64,000 nt of DNA. Origin: Schizochytrium sp. TIO01. Its lineage: Eukaryota > Protista > Bigyra: Labyrinthulomycetes. Positions 1 to 10,036 of the stretch are shown piece after piece. The stretch spans positions 2,022,747-2,086,746 of the forward strand of contig SMSO01000037.1 in NCBI GenBank assembly GCA_004764695.1. Reading direction: 5' to 3'. Each line of letters opens with the position of its first letter. The stretch's first letter is position 1. Both the position numbers and the translations under genes were made by a program. The notes under the pieces were generated by a model that was not told the origin of the DNA, made no database searches, and saw only the letters and a list, made by a program, of their open reading frames with translations.

Positions 1-1
1 G

Positions 2-1021
2 TTCAAGAGCTTTACAACCGAGCCTGCCGCCAAAGCTTACCTCGGACTCTCACAAGGAGGTTCTGAAGTCACATCTGCACAAAAAACTCCTGTGGAAGGC
101 TTTGCTAAAACAAAGGCAACCTTGCCAGTCACAAGTTTGGGTGCAAATCCCATTAAAGATCAAGCAATCTTGAGCGCGAAGGTGCCGCGATTCTATACTG
201 GCAGATCAGGGTTTTCGACAATTACGAACTCTATTTCTTCTTCCTCTTCTTCTGTGCCTTCCCCATTAACCTCTTCAAGCTCGGCTTCACGTTTCTCGGG
301 GCAGAATAAAACATCTAACCGCAAGACAGGCGGCGGCACGCGGGGTGGCGGCGCTCGGAAAAGCTCTGGTGCTAAGAACAAGGGTCCACAGATGACTGTG
401 GAGGACATCAAAGATGGCTCGCTGGTAGTCTACTCAGATGGTTCTTGCTTGGGCAATTATAATGTAAAGGAGACGAAACCCCCAGCAGGTTGGGGTTTCC
501 TCGTGCTCCGGTGGAATCTCTCTAGCACACATGAGCTTCTTCACGAAGCGTTTGGACCTGTCGTGCTTGATCCGGCAAAATCAGGCTATATTGGTGCAGA
601 GGTATTTTCAAACAATACAGCAGAGTTAACGGCTATTGCCAAGGCTTTGGATTACATTCATGACCTACCAGTCCCTAGCACTGGTGCAGAGCCTGTAATC
701 GTACGCTACGACTCCGAGTATGCGGCGAAGTCGGTGATGGGATTGTTTAATGGTGCAAAAAACAGGGATCTCATTCTCAAATGCCGCGAGGCACTCGCAC
801 GAGCGCGCATAGTTCGGCAAGTTGATTTTATTCACGTGCGTGGTCATAGTGCAGAGCAATATAACGATCGCGTTGATGAACTGGCAAAAATGGGTGCAGC
901 GATGTGTGCTGAAGAACGGGCTGTTGGAAAGCAAACCAATACGGCATCCACACCAGGCACTAAACGCGGACGAGAAGCTAGCCCACCTCGCTCCAATACA
1001 CGTAAGAAGAAGTCAACCTAA
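2..1021 (+). CDS. RNASEH1: Ribonuclease H1 (5' end lies upstream of the window)
   Basis: The frame is open from base 2 and reads FKSFTTEPAAKAYLG, the end of the N-terminal hybrid-binding (caulimovirus viroplasmin-like) domain. After a Ser/Gly/basic linker comes the RNase H fold with catalytic residues YSDG, NNTAEL, RYDS, VRGHS, NDRVD. The track start at 92 (GTG) is not the real start. Confidence 0.92.
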   Translation, partial: FKSFTTEPAAKAYLGLSQGGSEVTSAQKTPVEGFAKTKATLPVTSLGANPIKDQAILSAKVPRFYTGRSGFSTITNSISSSSSSVPSPLTSSSSASRFSGQNKTSNRKTGGGTRGGGARKSSGAKNKGPQMTVEDIKDGSLVVYSDGSCLGNYNVKETKPPAGWGFLVLRWNLSSTHELLHEAFGPVVLDPAKSGYIGAEVFSNNTAELTAIAKALDYIHDLPVPSTGAEPVIVRYDSEYAAKSVMGLFNGAKNRDLILKCREALARARIVRQVDFIHVRGHSAEQYNDRVDELAKMGAAMCAEERAVGKQTNTASTPGTKRGREASPPRSNTRKKKST

Positions 1022-1090
1022 TGGATGCATTTCTGGACTCTTTGCTCAGGAACGAAGAGCAGATAGTACTTGGGAAGCTGGATCAAATCG

Positions 1091-2109
1091 TTAAGACGGC
1101 GCGGAACCCGGAGACGCATTTACCTTTGCCTTGGGAAGGTTTAGTAAAAACTCAACAAACGAAATAAACTCCGAGGCGGTTGCGTCATCGCACATGATAT
1201 CTTCGTTGCAGGCTTTACGCCAGGCTGAAGTGGAGATGGTGTCTTTCCATGATTGCGTGCATCCCTCTGAGAAGGGCACGATTGCGTGATGTACGTGGCG
1301 AATAGCCGTCCACGACTTTAGTGCAGCCAATTGCGGAAGCAAATAGCTTGCGAGAAGCAGCTGAGCGTTCCTGTCGTAGCAGTCAATCTCGACATTTTGT
1401 GCCCATGAGCGAATTGTTTGATCACGGTGGAGATGGTTTTGGTGTTTTGGTGTAATCTGCAATAAGAATTTTTCAGGTCCTTCCATGATTGTATCTCTAT
1501 ATTCTGCATATTTTATGGCATAGGCTCTTAGCCCAGCCGAGCCTGCGCGACCCCACTGTTGTGAGAAGTCTTCAAGTGCTGCAAGAGAACTTAAGCAAGC
1601 TATGACCTCGATGAAAGGATGTTCAATTAAAGGATCTACAAACACATGCGTCAATTCGTGAGCAAGTTGGTAAACAATTTGATTGAATCTTCTGGAGCGC
1701 AAACATGTCAACGCCACTGCATAGTTTTCTGGAAGATGATTCGTCACAGCACGTGGAACGTTGTCCTGGAGCAGCACACATCGTTTCCATCCCAAAGTAG
1801 GTCCCTCCTATAGATCCATCCTCCTCAAAGCGCATGAAAAGTTCCCATCGTAACGAAGCCAAGTACACAATCATCGTTAGCCATTTACTGTTTCTGTAGT
1901 AGTTGGAATTACATCGATACATCCTTTCCGTATTGTCTGGGAAAGCACAAAAGGGCGACGGTGTTATTTGGTTCACTCACCTGCATCTTGGCCACCATCC
2001 AGTCGCGGACCTGCTCACAAACAGCGAGAACGTCGGGGTTGCGCGGCTCATCAGGTGCAAGAATAAGGGGAAGGCGATCGCTTGCAGATTGCCATGGCGA
2101 GGTCAACAT
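1091..2109 (-). CDS. HExxH zinc-metallopeptidase-like protein (IrrE/ImmA-like gluzincin layout), 2 exons: 2109-1981, 1807-1091; ~281 aa
   Basis: The motif VYQLAHELTHVF is followed ~13 aa later by a Glu (FIEVIA). Donor CAG|GTGAG at 1980 and acceptor CTATAG|GAG at 1808 give a phase-0 173-nt intron joining ORF 1909..2109 to ORF 1091..1795 and removing an in-frame TAG. Confidence 0.75.
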
Positions 2110-2331
2110 AATTCTGGTTGGGTTAATGGTCCTGCTGCTCGAAAGAGGTCTTCAAGTTGTTGTTGTGCGTTGACACATTTTAGTCATGAATACTACTCTT
2201 AGTGGTTTTACCTACTGATAGATTAGATTACTGAGCAAGGGAAGAGAAATTAGCACTTTCTAGTAGGTGATAAGGTACCTGGTAAAATAACAATATCACG
2301 ATAGATCAATAGAGTTGAATGCATTCTAAAG

Positions 2332-4008
2332 TCAGGCTGTCTTGGCTTTAGAGATTTGCGTACTTGAAGGCACAGCAAGCAAGGGAGCAAAAGCAAGAGC
2401 GCCAAAAATCGCACAAAAGGTCCATACCGTTGTGACATAATCCCAGCCATATGAGTTGACCACCAGACTTAAAGGGTAGCCTGCAGCAGTGCCACCGACT
2501 TGAGCGACCGACTTTGCAAAACTGGGGAGGCAGCGGTTCGATATTTTATACAGGATTGTGATGTTAGATGTCCACCGCTTGAGATTTATTTTCAATGCGA
2601 GACGATAGAACAAAAGAACTTACCTTCCGGCTGTTGACGGAGCTTTGGGGAATACTTCGCGAGCTGTAATCAACAGAAGTGACCACACATAGGAGCATCG
2701 TGAGTACAGAACTGCAATTAAGATAATATATATTCATGAAGGTTGAGTTTTGAAGGAGGCAATACATGAACGTACCTGTGAGGCCGACCAGGACATGTGG
2801 TCCAAACGAAAAAAGGCCGAAGCAAAAATAGATACTAGCAAGAGTAACATCTTCAAAACCCTTTGGCAAAGGGAAATTTGCCATGGCCATGATAAGAGGT
2901 GCAAGAAGCGCAGTGAAGAAGACAATAACAGGTCCACGACGGCCATTGAAAAGACGGTCACTAAGTGCTCCAGCACTAATTCCTCCAAGAAATCCTCCAA
3001 TTTCTAATGTCACCATGCAATCACGAGCAGCCTCGAGGGAAACTCCGCGCGTTTCTTGAAGGATGATGAGACTCCAGTCTTTCGTTATTATCGCAAGTCA
3101 GTTTAAGTTAATTCCCTTGAGTTTGATATACCATACAAAGTGTTTTGGCTAGAAGGAAGACATGAAGCCGCCTCGATTCTTGATTATTGGTTTGACTTAC
3201 CTTGAACGCCAACACGAAGTGCTTGCAGGAATGCATATCCAATACCCAAGCTTAAGAGATGTACAGAAGTGCACATTTCTATAAGTGTGTCTGACCATGA
3301 TGTTTGAGAAGCTGGTTCCTGTTTAGAGGAATCATCACCCATTTTGGTTTGGGTGTCATTAACCCTTACATCTTTGGGCCTAGGCGTTTGGTGTTGGACA
3401 TCCTCTTTGGGTCCGTCTGTGAGAAAGATGGCAAAGATCGCGGCAAGAGTAAGACCAATAAGGCCTGGCGCCCAAGTTGCGGCTCGCCAGCCATAGAGCT
3501 GCACAACGGGAGTAAGGATGATAGGGCATAGCGCGCTACCAAGATTTTGGTTGGTGGAGAGGATACTATACCATGTTGCACGATTCGGCGAGTTACGGAA
3601 CCAGTTCATGAAAATGGCTGCCAAAGCAGGCCACGCAGCACTCTGAACGATACCATTAATGGACCAAAGACCCAGGTCGAGCCATGTCCAAGGGGACTGG
3701 AACATGAAGATGTTACAAAGTGCAGTGATTGCAAGTGTCGAGCTGAGTACCGCAGCCGGTGGGGCAGAGTCTACAATAGGACCCGCAATTAGCTTGCCAG
3801 CACCGTAGGAGAACTCCATTACAGATCCAAAGATGCTGACCTCTTCCTTTGGCCTGCCTACAGTGCGCACAAGTTCATTCAACCAGAATGCGTAATTCTT
3901 TCGACAAAAGTAGAAGACCATATATGAGATATAAATTAGGCCGAAGCTAATAGCCTGTGCCCTCGCATAACCCTTGGAGGGCGTTGTGGCCAGGTTTTCT
4001 TCAGCCAT
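2332..4008 (-). CDS. MFS organophosphate:Pi antiporter (OPA family; UhpC/GlpT/SLC37A4-like), 4 exons: 4008-3201, 3078-2776, 2663-2624, 2521-2332; 446 aa
   Basis: OPA motifs YFCRKNY, YGAGKLIAG, NGIVQSAAWP, STNQNLG, EIGGFLGG..AG.LSDRLFNGRRGP, GPHVLVG. Three GT-AG introns (GTAAGT, GTACG, GTAAGT) give a continuous 1341-nt frame. Confidence 0.92.
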
Positions 4009-5228
4009 CTCTCAAGCTTGAAGTCCGGCGATTTGCTCGCGTGCTAGTCACGATCAATAATTAAGATGTGTAGAAGCTATCCTCGTTGCCAAAGAACTGC
4101 AATCAGTCTTCGAGAGCTTTGCTTAGCCTCGTTGCGGTCTAGCCTTCCGGTTATGCCGTGCCCGGTGCCCATAAAATTCCGTCAGCACCGCTGATCGCAC
4201 GACAGTGAAACTAAGCCTCACCAAAGCGATGCAAATATAACTATCGCAAATGGTTCTCGACCTCGAGGTCCTTGCCCGCAAGTCCACCACCCTCGCAGAG
4301 ACTCGTAGGTAGTGAGTGCTCTTGGAGCAGCAACTTGAGTTACTACCGAGGTTGGTAGGTAGGTTAACCTTCGATACTAGCTCAAAACAAAAAACAAAAA
4401 ATAAAACTCTGTAAAACCAAAAGCCAGAACACTGGGAACATTTGGACCACAAGTGCACTACTACTACCTACATATTTACTTCTATAGCAATCCTTCATTA
4501 AGAAAAAGAGTAGCTAACAAGATGAGTATCCTCACCGCGGTGTGAGGTAAGATCCGTTAAGGAGAAGTGGTTGGGGAACTAGGGGAACTGAGGAAATGGG
4601 CGTTCTCGTGAGAACATTGTTTTGAATGTATTCACACGAATTGGGCACGAAGTCAATCTTTTTGCTTGAGCGGGGTGGAAGAAACAGGTCTACTGACGCG
4701 AGAGTCTCGAGTGAAGACTAGCGAGGAAGCGCTGTTGATTTTCCCGCGAGGTGAAGGTGGACACGTTGTTTAAACTGTGACGAAAGGCAAAGGATCTTGG
4801 TAGCTGGCGTTGCATTGGGAAATAGCAAACTAAATCCACAGAGGAGCGGATTGGGGAAGTAAGAGTTTGTGATCAAGAAAGAATCAGTTAAGGCGATGCG
4901 CATCGACAGCACGAACTTAGCTGCGCTCGAAATTTGAGGAATTCGATTGGCATACTTTGTTTGTCATAAGAAAACACGTGCTTGGCGACCGCAACTGTTT
5001 CTAGGAGTTAAGTTCGCCCTTGGCATAGATTTAGCAAGCTGCGACAACTTTACAACTCTGAAGTTTGGGTTACAATAGGAAAGAGAGTAGTTGGCTTTTT
5101 TGCATATATAACCCTCGAGGTTGTCAGTAAAATTGTGTGTATAGCAGCAGCGTGCACAACTAAGATCAGGCAGAAAACACTATCTCCATTTTAGTGTGAC
5201 GAGGCGAGAAAGGCTAAAGCGAATTGTA

Positions 5229-7331
5229 ATGGGCCAGCAAGCCTCACGTTTCGGACAGCGAGTGCTCTATGGTAAAGAGGAGAATCGATTGACTGAGGAT
5301 GAGGTTTGGTTGGCGAAGGTTCGCGCAGCCAAGCCAATCGTCATCTTAGCGCATAAATTTCGACAATTTGAGCCCAACAATAATATTCAAGGTCAAGATT
5401 GGCGAACGATGAATATTTTATCCGCAGGCTTGGGCTTTGATGTGAAAGTCATCAATCAGTTATATTCGCTATTCTGCATTGCCGATCTTGATCAAGGTGG
5501 ATCTATCGACGTGCGCGAATTTGTGTATTTTTTTCAGTTAGAGGATTCTAGATTTACTCGTCGCATGTTTACTATTTTTGACATGGACAGGTCTGGCGAA
5601 ATTGACTTTCTGGAGTTTGCTTGCGCTATTTGGAATTTGTGCACGTGGCCTGAAGACGAGCTCGCCTCCTTGATGTTTAGCGTTTATGATGAAGGCAATG
5701 TAGGAAAACTTGATCTGAAGGTTTGCGAGGACCTAATTCTCGATATTTTCGAACGTCGTAAGATCAAGTTTGGGGCAACTACGCTAGTAAGTTCGCTGCG
5801 TCGTATTACAAAAGCTGGTCTGTATAAGGATGAAGTATTTGTGGAAGAAGAGGATTTCTTGGAATGGGCCGAGGATCATCCCGAGAGCTACGCTCCGCTC
5901 ACATATCAGTTTTTGTTACTGAGAGCAAAGGTTCTCGGCGTAGAGTACTGGAACACGATTGGACGAGCTGCTCGTGAGCAAACTATGAAGGACTTGGAAC
6001 GTTTGATTAGACAGAGTCTTGGTCCAGCGGGTGCAATGGATGCAGTGAAACTTTCATTAGAGAAGGCAGCAGACTTTCGTGCTGCGGAGTTACAGCGTAA
6101 GCAGCAACAAAAGATGTGGTCTGAGGATGAACTTCCGGGGCGAGTGCGCGAGGCAGAGAAAGATCCTCACGAGGTACAGCGTGAGGAGGATGAAGCAGCT
6201 CTGAAAGAGCGCTTGAAGGCTATGTCATACTTGCGACAGGCCCGGCACATGCGGTATCAAGAGTGGTATAAGACCCTCTCACGAATTGAGCAGCGTTCGG
6301 ATCCACTCTCAATGCTGCTCCAGCTTAGTCAGCGACAGTTGACTAAAAAGTTACGTCAGGAATTCAATGAAGAATGGACTCATGCAACAAAGGAGCTACA
6401 ACGTCGTACATACGATCGTGAGGGGCGCTTACGTAGGCTTCTGAGCGGGAAAAAATCAAAAGAAGAGGTGTTCTTCATGCGGAAGAGTCCACTTGATCTG
6501 ACAGAAGAGGAGCTGCGCGATTCTGTGGTACATTATTCCTCTACTACAGACAAACTGACCTGGGCTGAGCAACAGCATGAGGGTCACAAACGTGTGAAGC
6601 GTGAATTTCGACATGCAGGAGGAAATCCTCACTTATCGCATGGAGTTGTGAGTGTGGACGCAATTCTCGCAAGCAAAGCTCGTGTGCGAACGGACAAGAG
6701 CATTTTAAAGCTGGGCCTGGAGGAGGAGATGGAGAAGAAAGGAGAGAAGGGAAAAGATCCAAGTAAGAAAAGATCTAAACAAGGAGCTCCGAAAGATGCC
6801 AATAACTCTGCAGGAATTTCGGACGACGATTCGGAAGACGGCGGGTCTGATCAAGGCGATTCGGAAAGTGACGATAGTGACGAAGAGTTTCTCGAGGCAT
6901 TGCAACGGCGTCGCAAGGCGGTACTTGAGGGTCTCGAGTTGAAAAGGCGAGGTTCTGGGAAAAATCCCTCTGCTAATGTGCTGTCTGATTCAATCTTAGG
7001 CAGGACAGATCATGCTGTAGACGAAGATGATTATGACACTGATGATGAAGAAGCTGATCGTGAGGCTCGGGCCTCAGCGATTGCGGCAAAGCGTCTTAAG
7101 CATCTGATTCGTCAAGGGTATGCGAATGCACCTGCTTCGAGCCGTCGGAAAGCAAAGCCAGGCCAATATGTTATGCAGAATTTGAAACGCCCTGACGAAG
7201 AATGGAGTGCGAAAATGCAACGACGGGCCCAGCTTTTACAAGCAGGTTTAGATCCACGTTCAGGAGATAAGCCATTCAATTTGCGATTTCGCAAGAAGCG
7301 GAAGCCAAATGCTCGGATCTATGCTTTATAG
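5229..7331 (+). CDS. EF-hand Ca2+-binding protein (calcineurin-B/NCS-like N-terminal domain) with a long charged C-terminal tail; 700 aa
   Basis: Canonical EF loops DLDQGGSIDVRE and DMDRSGEIDFLE plus a degenerate YDEGNVGKLD. The first ATG at 5229 gives MGQQAS (MGxxxS myristoylation pattern). Confidence 0.85.
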   Translation: MGQQASRFGQRVLYGKEENRLTEDEVWLAKVRAAKPIVILAHKFRQFEPNNNIQGQDWRTMNILSAGLGFDVKVINQLYSLFCIADLDQGGSIDVREFVYFFQLEDSRFTRRMFTIFDMDRSGEIDFLEFACAIWNLCTWPEDELASLMFSVYDEGNVGKLDLKVCEDLILDIFERRKIKFGATTLVSSLRRITKAGLYKDEVFVEEEDFLEWAEDHPESYAPLTYQFLLLRAKVLGVEYWNTIGRAAREQTMKDLERLIRQSLGPAGAMDAVKLSLEKAADFRAAELQRKQQQKMWSEDELPGRVREAEKDPHEVQREEDEAALKERLKAMSYLRQARHMRYQEWYKTLSRIEQRSDPLSMLLQLSQRQLTKKLRQEFNEEWTHATKELQRRTYDREGRLRRLLSGKKSKEEVFFMRKSPLDLTEEELRDSVVHYSSTTDKLTWAEQQHEGHKRVKREFRHAGGNPHLSHGVVSVDAILASKARVRTDKSILKLGLEEEMEKKGEKGKDPSKKRSKQGAPKDANNSAGISDDDSEDGGSDQGDSESDDSDEEFLEALQRRRKAVLEGLELKRRGSGKNPSANVLSDSILGRTDHAVDEDDYDTDDEEADREARASAIAAKRLKHLIRQGYANAPASSRRKAKPGQYVMQNLKRPDEEWSAKMQRRAQLLQAGLDPRSGDKPFNLRFRKKRKPNARIYAL

Positions 7332-7339
7332 AAGATGCA

Positions 7340-7700
7340 TATATAGTTTTGAACATTGTGCGTAATTCGGAGTTGTACTTTATAGAAGGAGGATATATGT
7401 ATATATTTGATCATCGTGCGTGTGCCGAGCTAATTCTTTTAAAGAAAAACATATATACATTTGATCATTGTGCGTATAAAGAGAAATATATAGTTTTGAT
7501 CATTGCTCATTGTGCACATGTATATATTTCTCAAATTTAAAGGGACGAAGCATATATTATTTTGATCATTTGAGTATGCCGGGCTTAATCTTTTAAAGAG
7601 AAGCATATATATATATATATATATATATTTGATCATTATGCGTATAAAGAGAAGTATATACAGTTTTGATCATTGCTCATTGTGCATATGTATATATTAT
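7340..7700. repeat. Degenerate minisatellite built on TTTGATCATT subunits with a ~155-170 bp duplication
   Basis: TTTGATCAT-like cores at ~7347, 7406, 7460, 7495, 7561, 7628, 7665. Block ~7400-7530 recurs as ~7556-7700 (…GCGTATAAAGAGAA…GTTTTGATCATTGCTCATTGTGCA.ATGTATATATT). Confidence 0.8.
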
Positions 7701-8441
7701 TAGGCAAAGTTGTTTTCAGAGTCACGATCAGAGTCTTAGACAACATGATGTGATTAGTTATAATGTAAGTTACATATTTGATTGTCATGAAAGAGCCCAT
7801 TTAAGCATACGGTCAAATTGAAAAGTAAAAGAAGGTTTTGTGGAAAGTAGTCGATTCAAAGACTTGCTAAGGAATCAAACCTTTGGCATAAATGATATAA
7901 AATCCAATACAAAAAAGAGGAATAATACAAGTTTTTGATTGTTGTAAATTTACAAGAGAACTCGTTGTAGTGAATCTGGAAGGTAGTCGTGGTCGATGGC
8001 TACGCTGATTTATTTTTAATTCTTGTAAGAAAGATACATTTTCCCCAAAGATAGATTTCTAGAAAATTGTCTTTTATGCATCTCACGCTTTGAGAGTAAA
8101 TTCTGCATTGCGTGGAAGTTTTTCCTGGGCCATCCATCGCTAACACCCCTGTAATTAATATTACATAGGTGTAAGTTCTTATGTAGGTGGGTCTGTAAGT
8201 GCGCGGTGTTTCCACCACAAATGTATCTTCTAGGCAGTGTCTGAAACCGATATCTAGTCGTAGTTAATACTATCATTGTAGCGCGGCAAATCTCAATTTC
8301 CGTTTTCCATATTCCATTCCCGGTATTTGATATAGAAAGATAAACAGATGGAAACTTTCTCAATAATTCGCTTCTTCATTTTACAAAATAATGCTATTAG
8401 CTATAGCTAGCTAGCTGGCTGGCTAGTTGGTAGGCATCAGC

Positions 8442-8442
<1 letters not shown>

Positions 8443-8498
<56 letters not shown>

Positions 8499-8532
8499 TG
8501 CAGCAGCGGCAGTGGGAGTGGCAGCAGCAGCA
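8443..8532. repeat. (GCA)n trinucleotide microsatellite
   Basis: Directly visible; ~20 near-perfect units plus a degenerate flank. Confidence 0.95.
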
Positions 8533-9557
8533 CGAGTTTTGGTGGAAATGGCTGGGGAGACCAGGCTTCAAAGGCGCTCCCCGTCAGTAGGTAGGTAGCT
8601 AGTTAATAGGTGCTAATTAGGTAACTTACTACTCTTGGCGTCAGTCGGTATGCAGGTATGTATACATGTAGGTAAGTTTGTTGGTCATGCCTAATCGATC
8701 ACTCACGAGGATTTGCAGGAGCACATTCCGTTGCTTCCCCCGTTTCTTCTGCTGCTCCCTTTGGTCCTGGCGCGTGAGATGAGTTTACGAATTCCCTGCA
8801 CATTGGTTTCCTCTTCGACAACGATTTGCAGCAGGTGCGTAGTCAGCTGCTAGTCCAGCGAATGAACGAGCGTCTTGAGGATCGATTTCAATGGGTGAGC
8901 GTGTGAAGAACGGTAGGTACCTCCAACCTACACTTCACCTGCTCACAGATATATATATATATATATATATCTACTACCTCATTTGCTCGCTCTTGTCACT
9001 CACACAGCCGAAATGCCAAGGTTTACTTTCACGCCCCACCGCGATAACGACGGTTTGCGGATCTCGTTGTGGGGTCGCGCTCTGTTGGGTCCTTCGTTTC
9101 GCTCTTCCCTCTCTCCGTTGGGCTGAGCTGAGTGAGTTCTTCGCGTGCGTTCTTTCGCCGCCTCACCTGGCCGGGCCAATTTGAACGCGAGCTTCTTCAG
9201 CCATCACAGCCGAAGCTGGCTCCATGTCTCCATGGCTAGCTGCCGAGTCCTGGTCTGCGATTGCAAGAGCTCAAGAAGAGATTCAGGTCGCTTCTTCTGT
9301 CTCGGTCAAAGCCATCATCACTGTCATGTCATGTCATTTGGTTGGTCAAAACCACCATCACATCATACATGTCATATCGTTTCTTTTTTTCCTATCTATT
9401 ATCTATTATCAACCCTGTTTCCTTTTTCTTTTTCTTTCTTTTTCTTTCTTCCTTTCTTATATCTATCTGTCTATCTGTCTATCACTTTATTTATTCAAAA
9501 GCTTCATTTGTTTTGTTTGCTACGTATTTGTTGTTTGTCTGCAGGTTTTAAAAATTC

Positions 9558-9812
9558 CAACAGCAAAAACAACAGCAGTAACAACAGCAATAACAACAGC
9601 AATAACAACAGCAATAGCAACAACAACAATAACAACAATAATAACAACAATCATAACAATAATAGTAACAACAGAAAAAAAAAAAAAAAAAAAAAGCCGA
9701 GGAAAGAAAACTTTTGCAGAAAACCGAAGAGAAACGAGAAAAGAGTCTTTCCGTTTGATCAAAATCTCGAAACTATTCAGTCAGTCAGTCAGTCAGTCAG
9801 TCAGTCAATCAG
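9558..9812. repeat. Compound low-complexity tract: (AAC/AAT/AGC)n, poly-A, (TCAG)n
   Basis: Directly visible. Confidence 0.9.
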
Positions 9813-10036
9813 TTAGACACGGCAGGCCATCTATCCCAAGATGGAGACAGCCAGCCCCACCACCAACGCAGCAGCAGCACCCATCCACCACCAGGTTCAC
9901 GTAGGCATTGACCGTCTCGCGTTCTTCTCCAGCGTGCTTGTGCTTATGCCTAATTGGCCTCATCAGATAGCCAGACAGACAGAGATCGGTCCGTCTTCCC
10001 GTCAATCCCTGTGAGTTCTTCTCCAAAACTCCAGTC

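Noticed and set aside
2-1021. RNase H as part of a retrotransposon pol
   Set aside because: Preceded in frame by a hybrid-binding domain end and a long linker typical of cellular RNase H1; no RT or integrase nearby.
7340-7700. CRISPR-like repeat/spacer appearance
   Set aside because: Repeats are short and degenerate, spacers are related to each other and irregular in length, there are no cas genes, and the context is eukaryotic.
9145-9904. Overlapping 223/226-aa ORFs with poly-N/poly-T and Phe-rich segments
   Set aside because: Arise from pyrimidine tracts and (AAC)n repeats; not protein-like.
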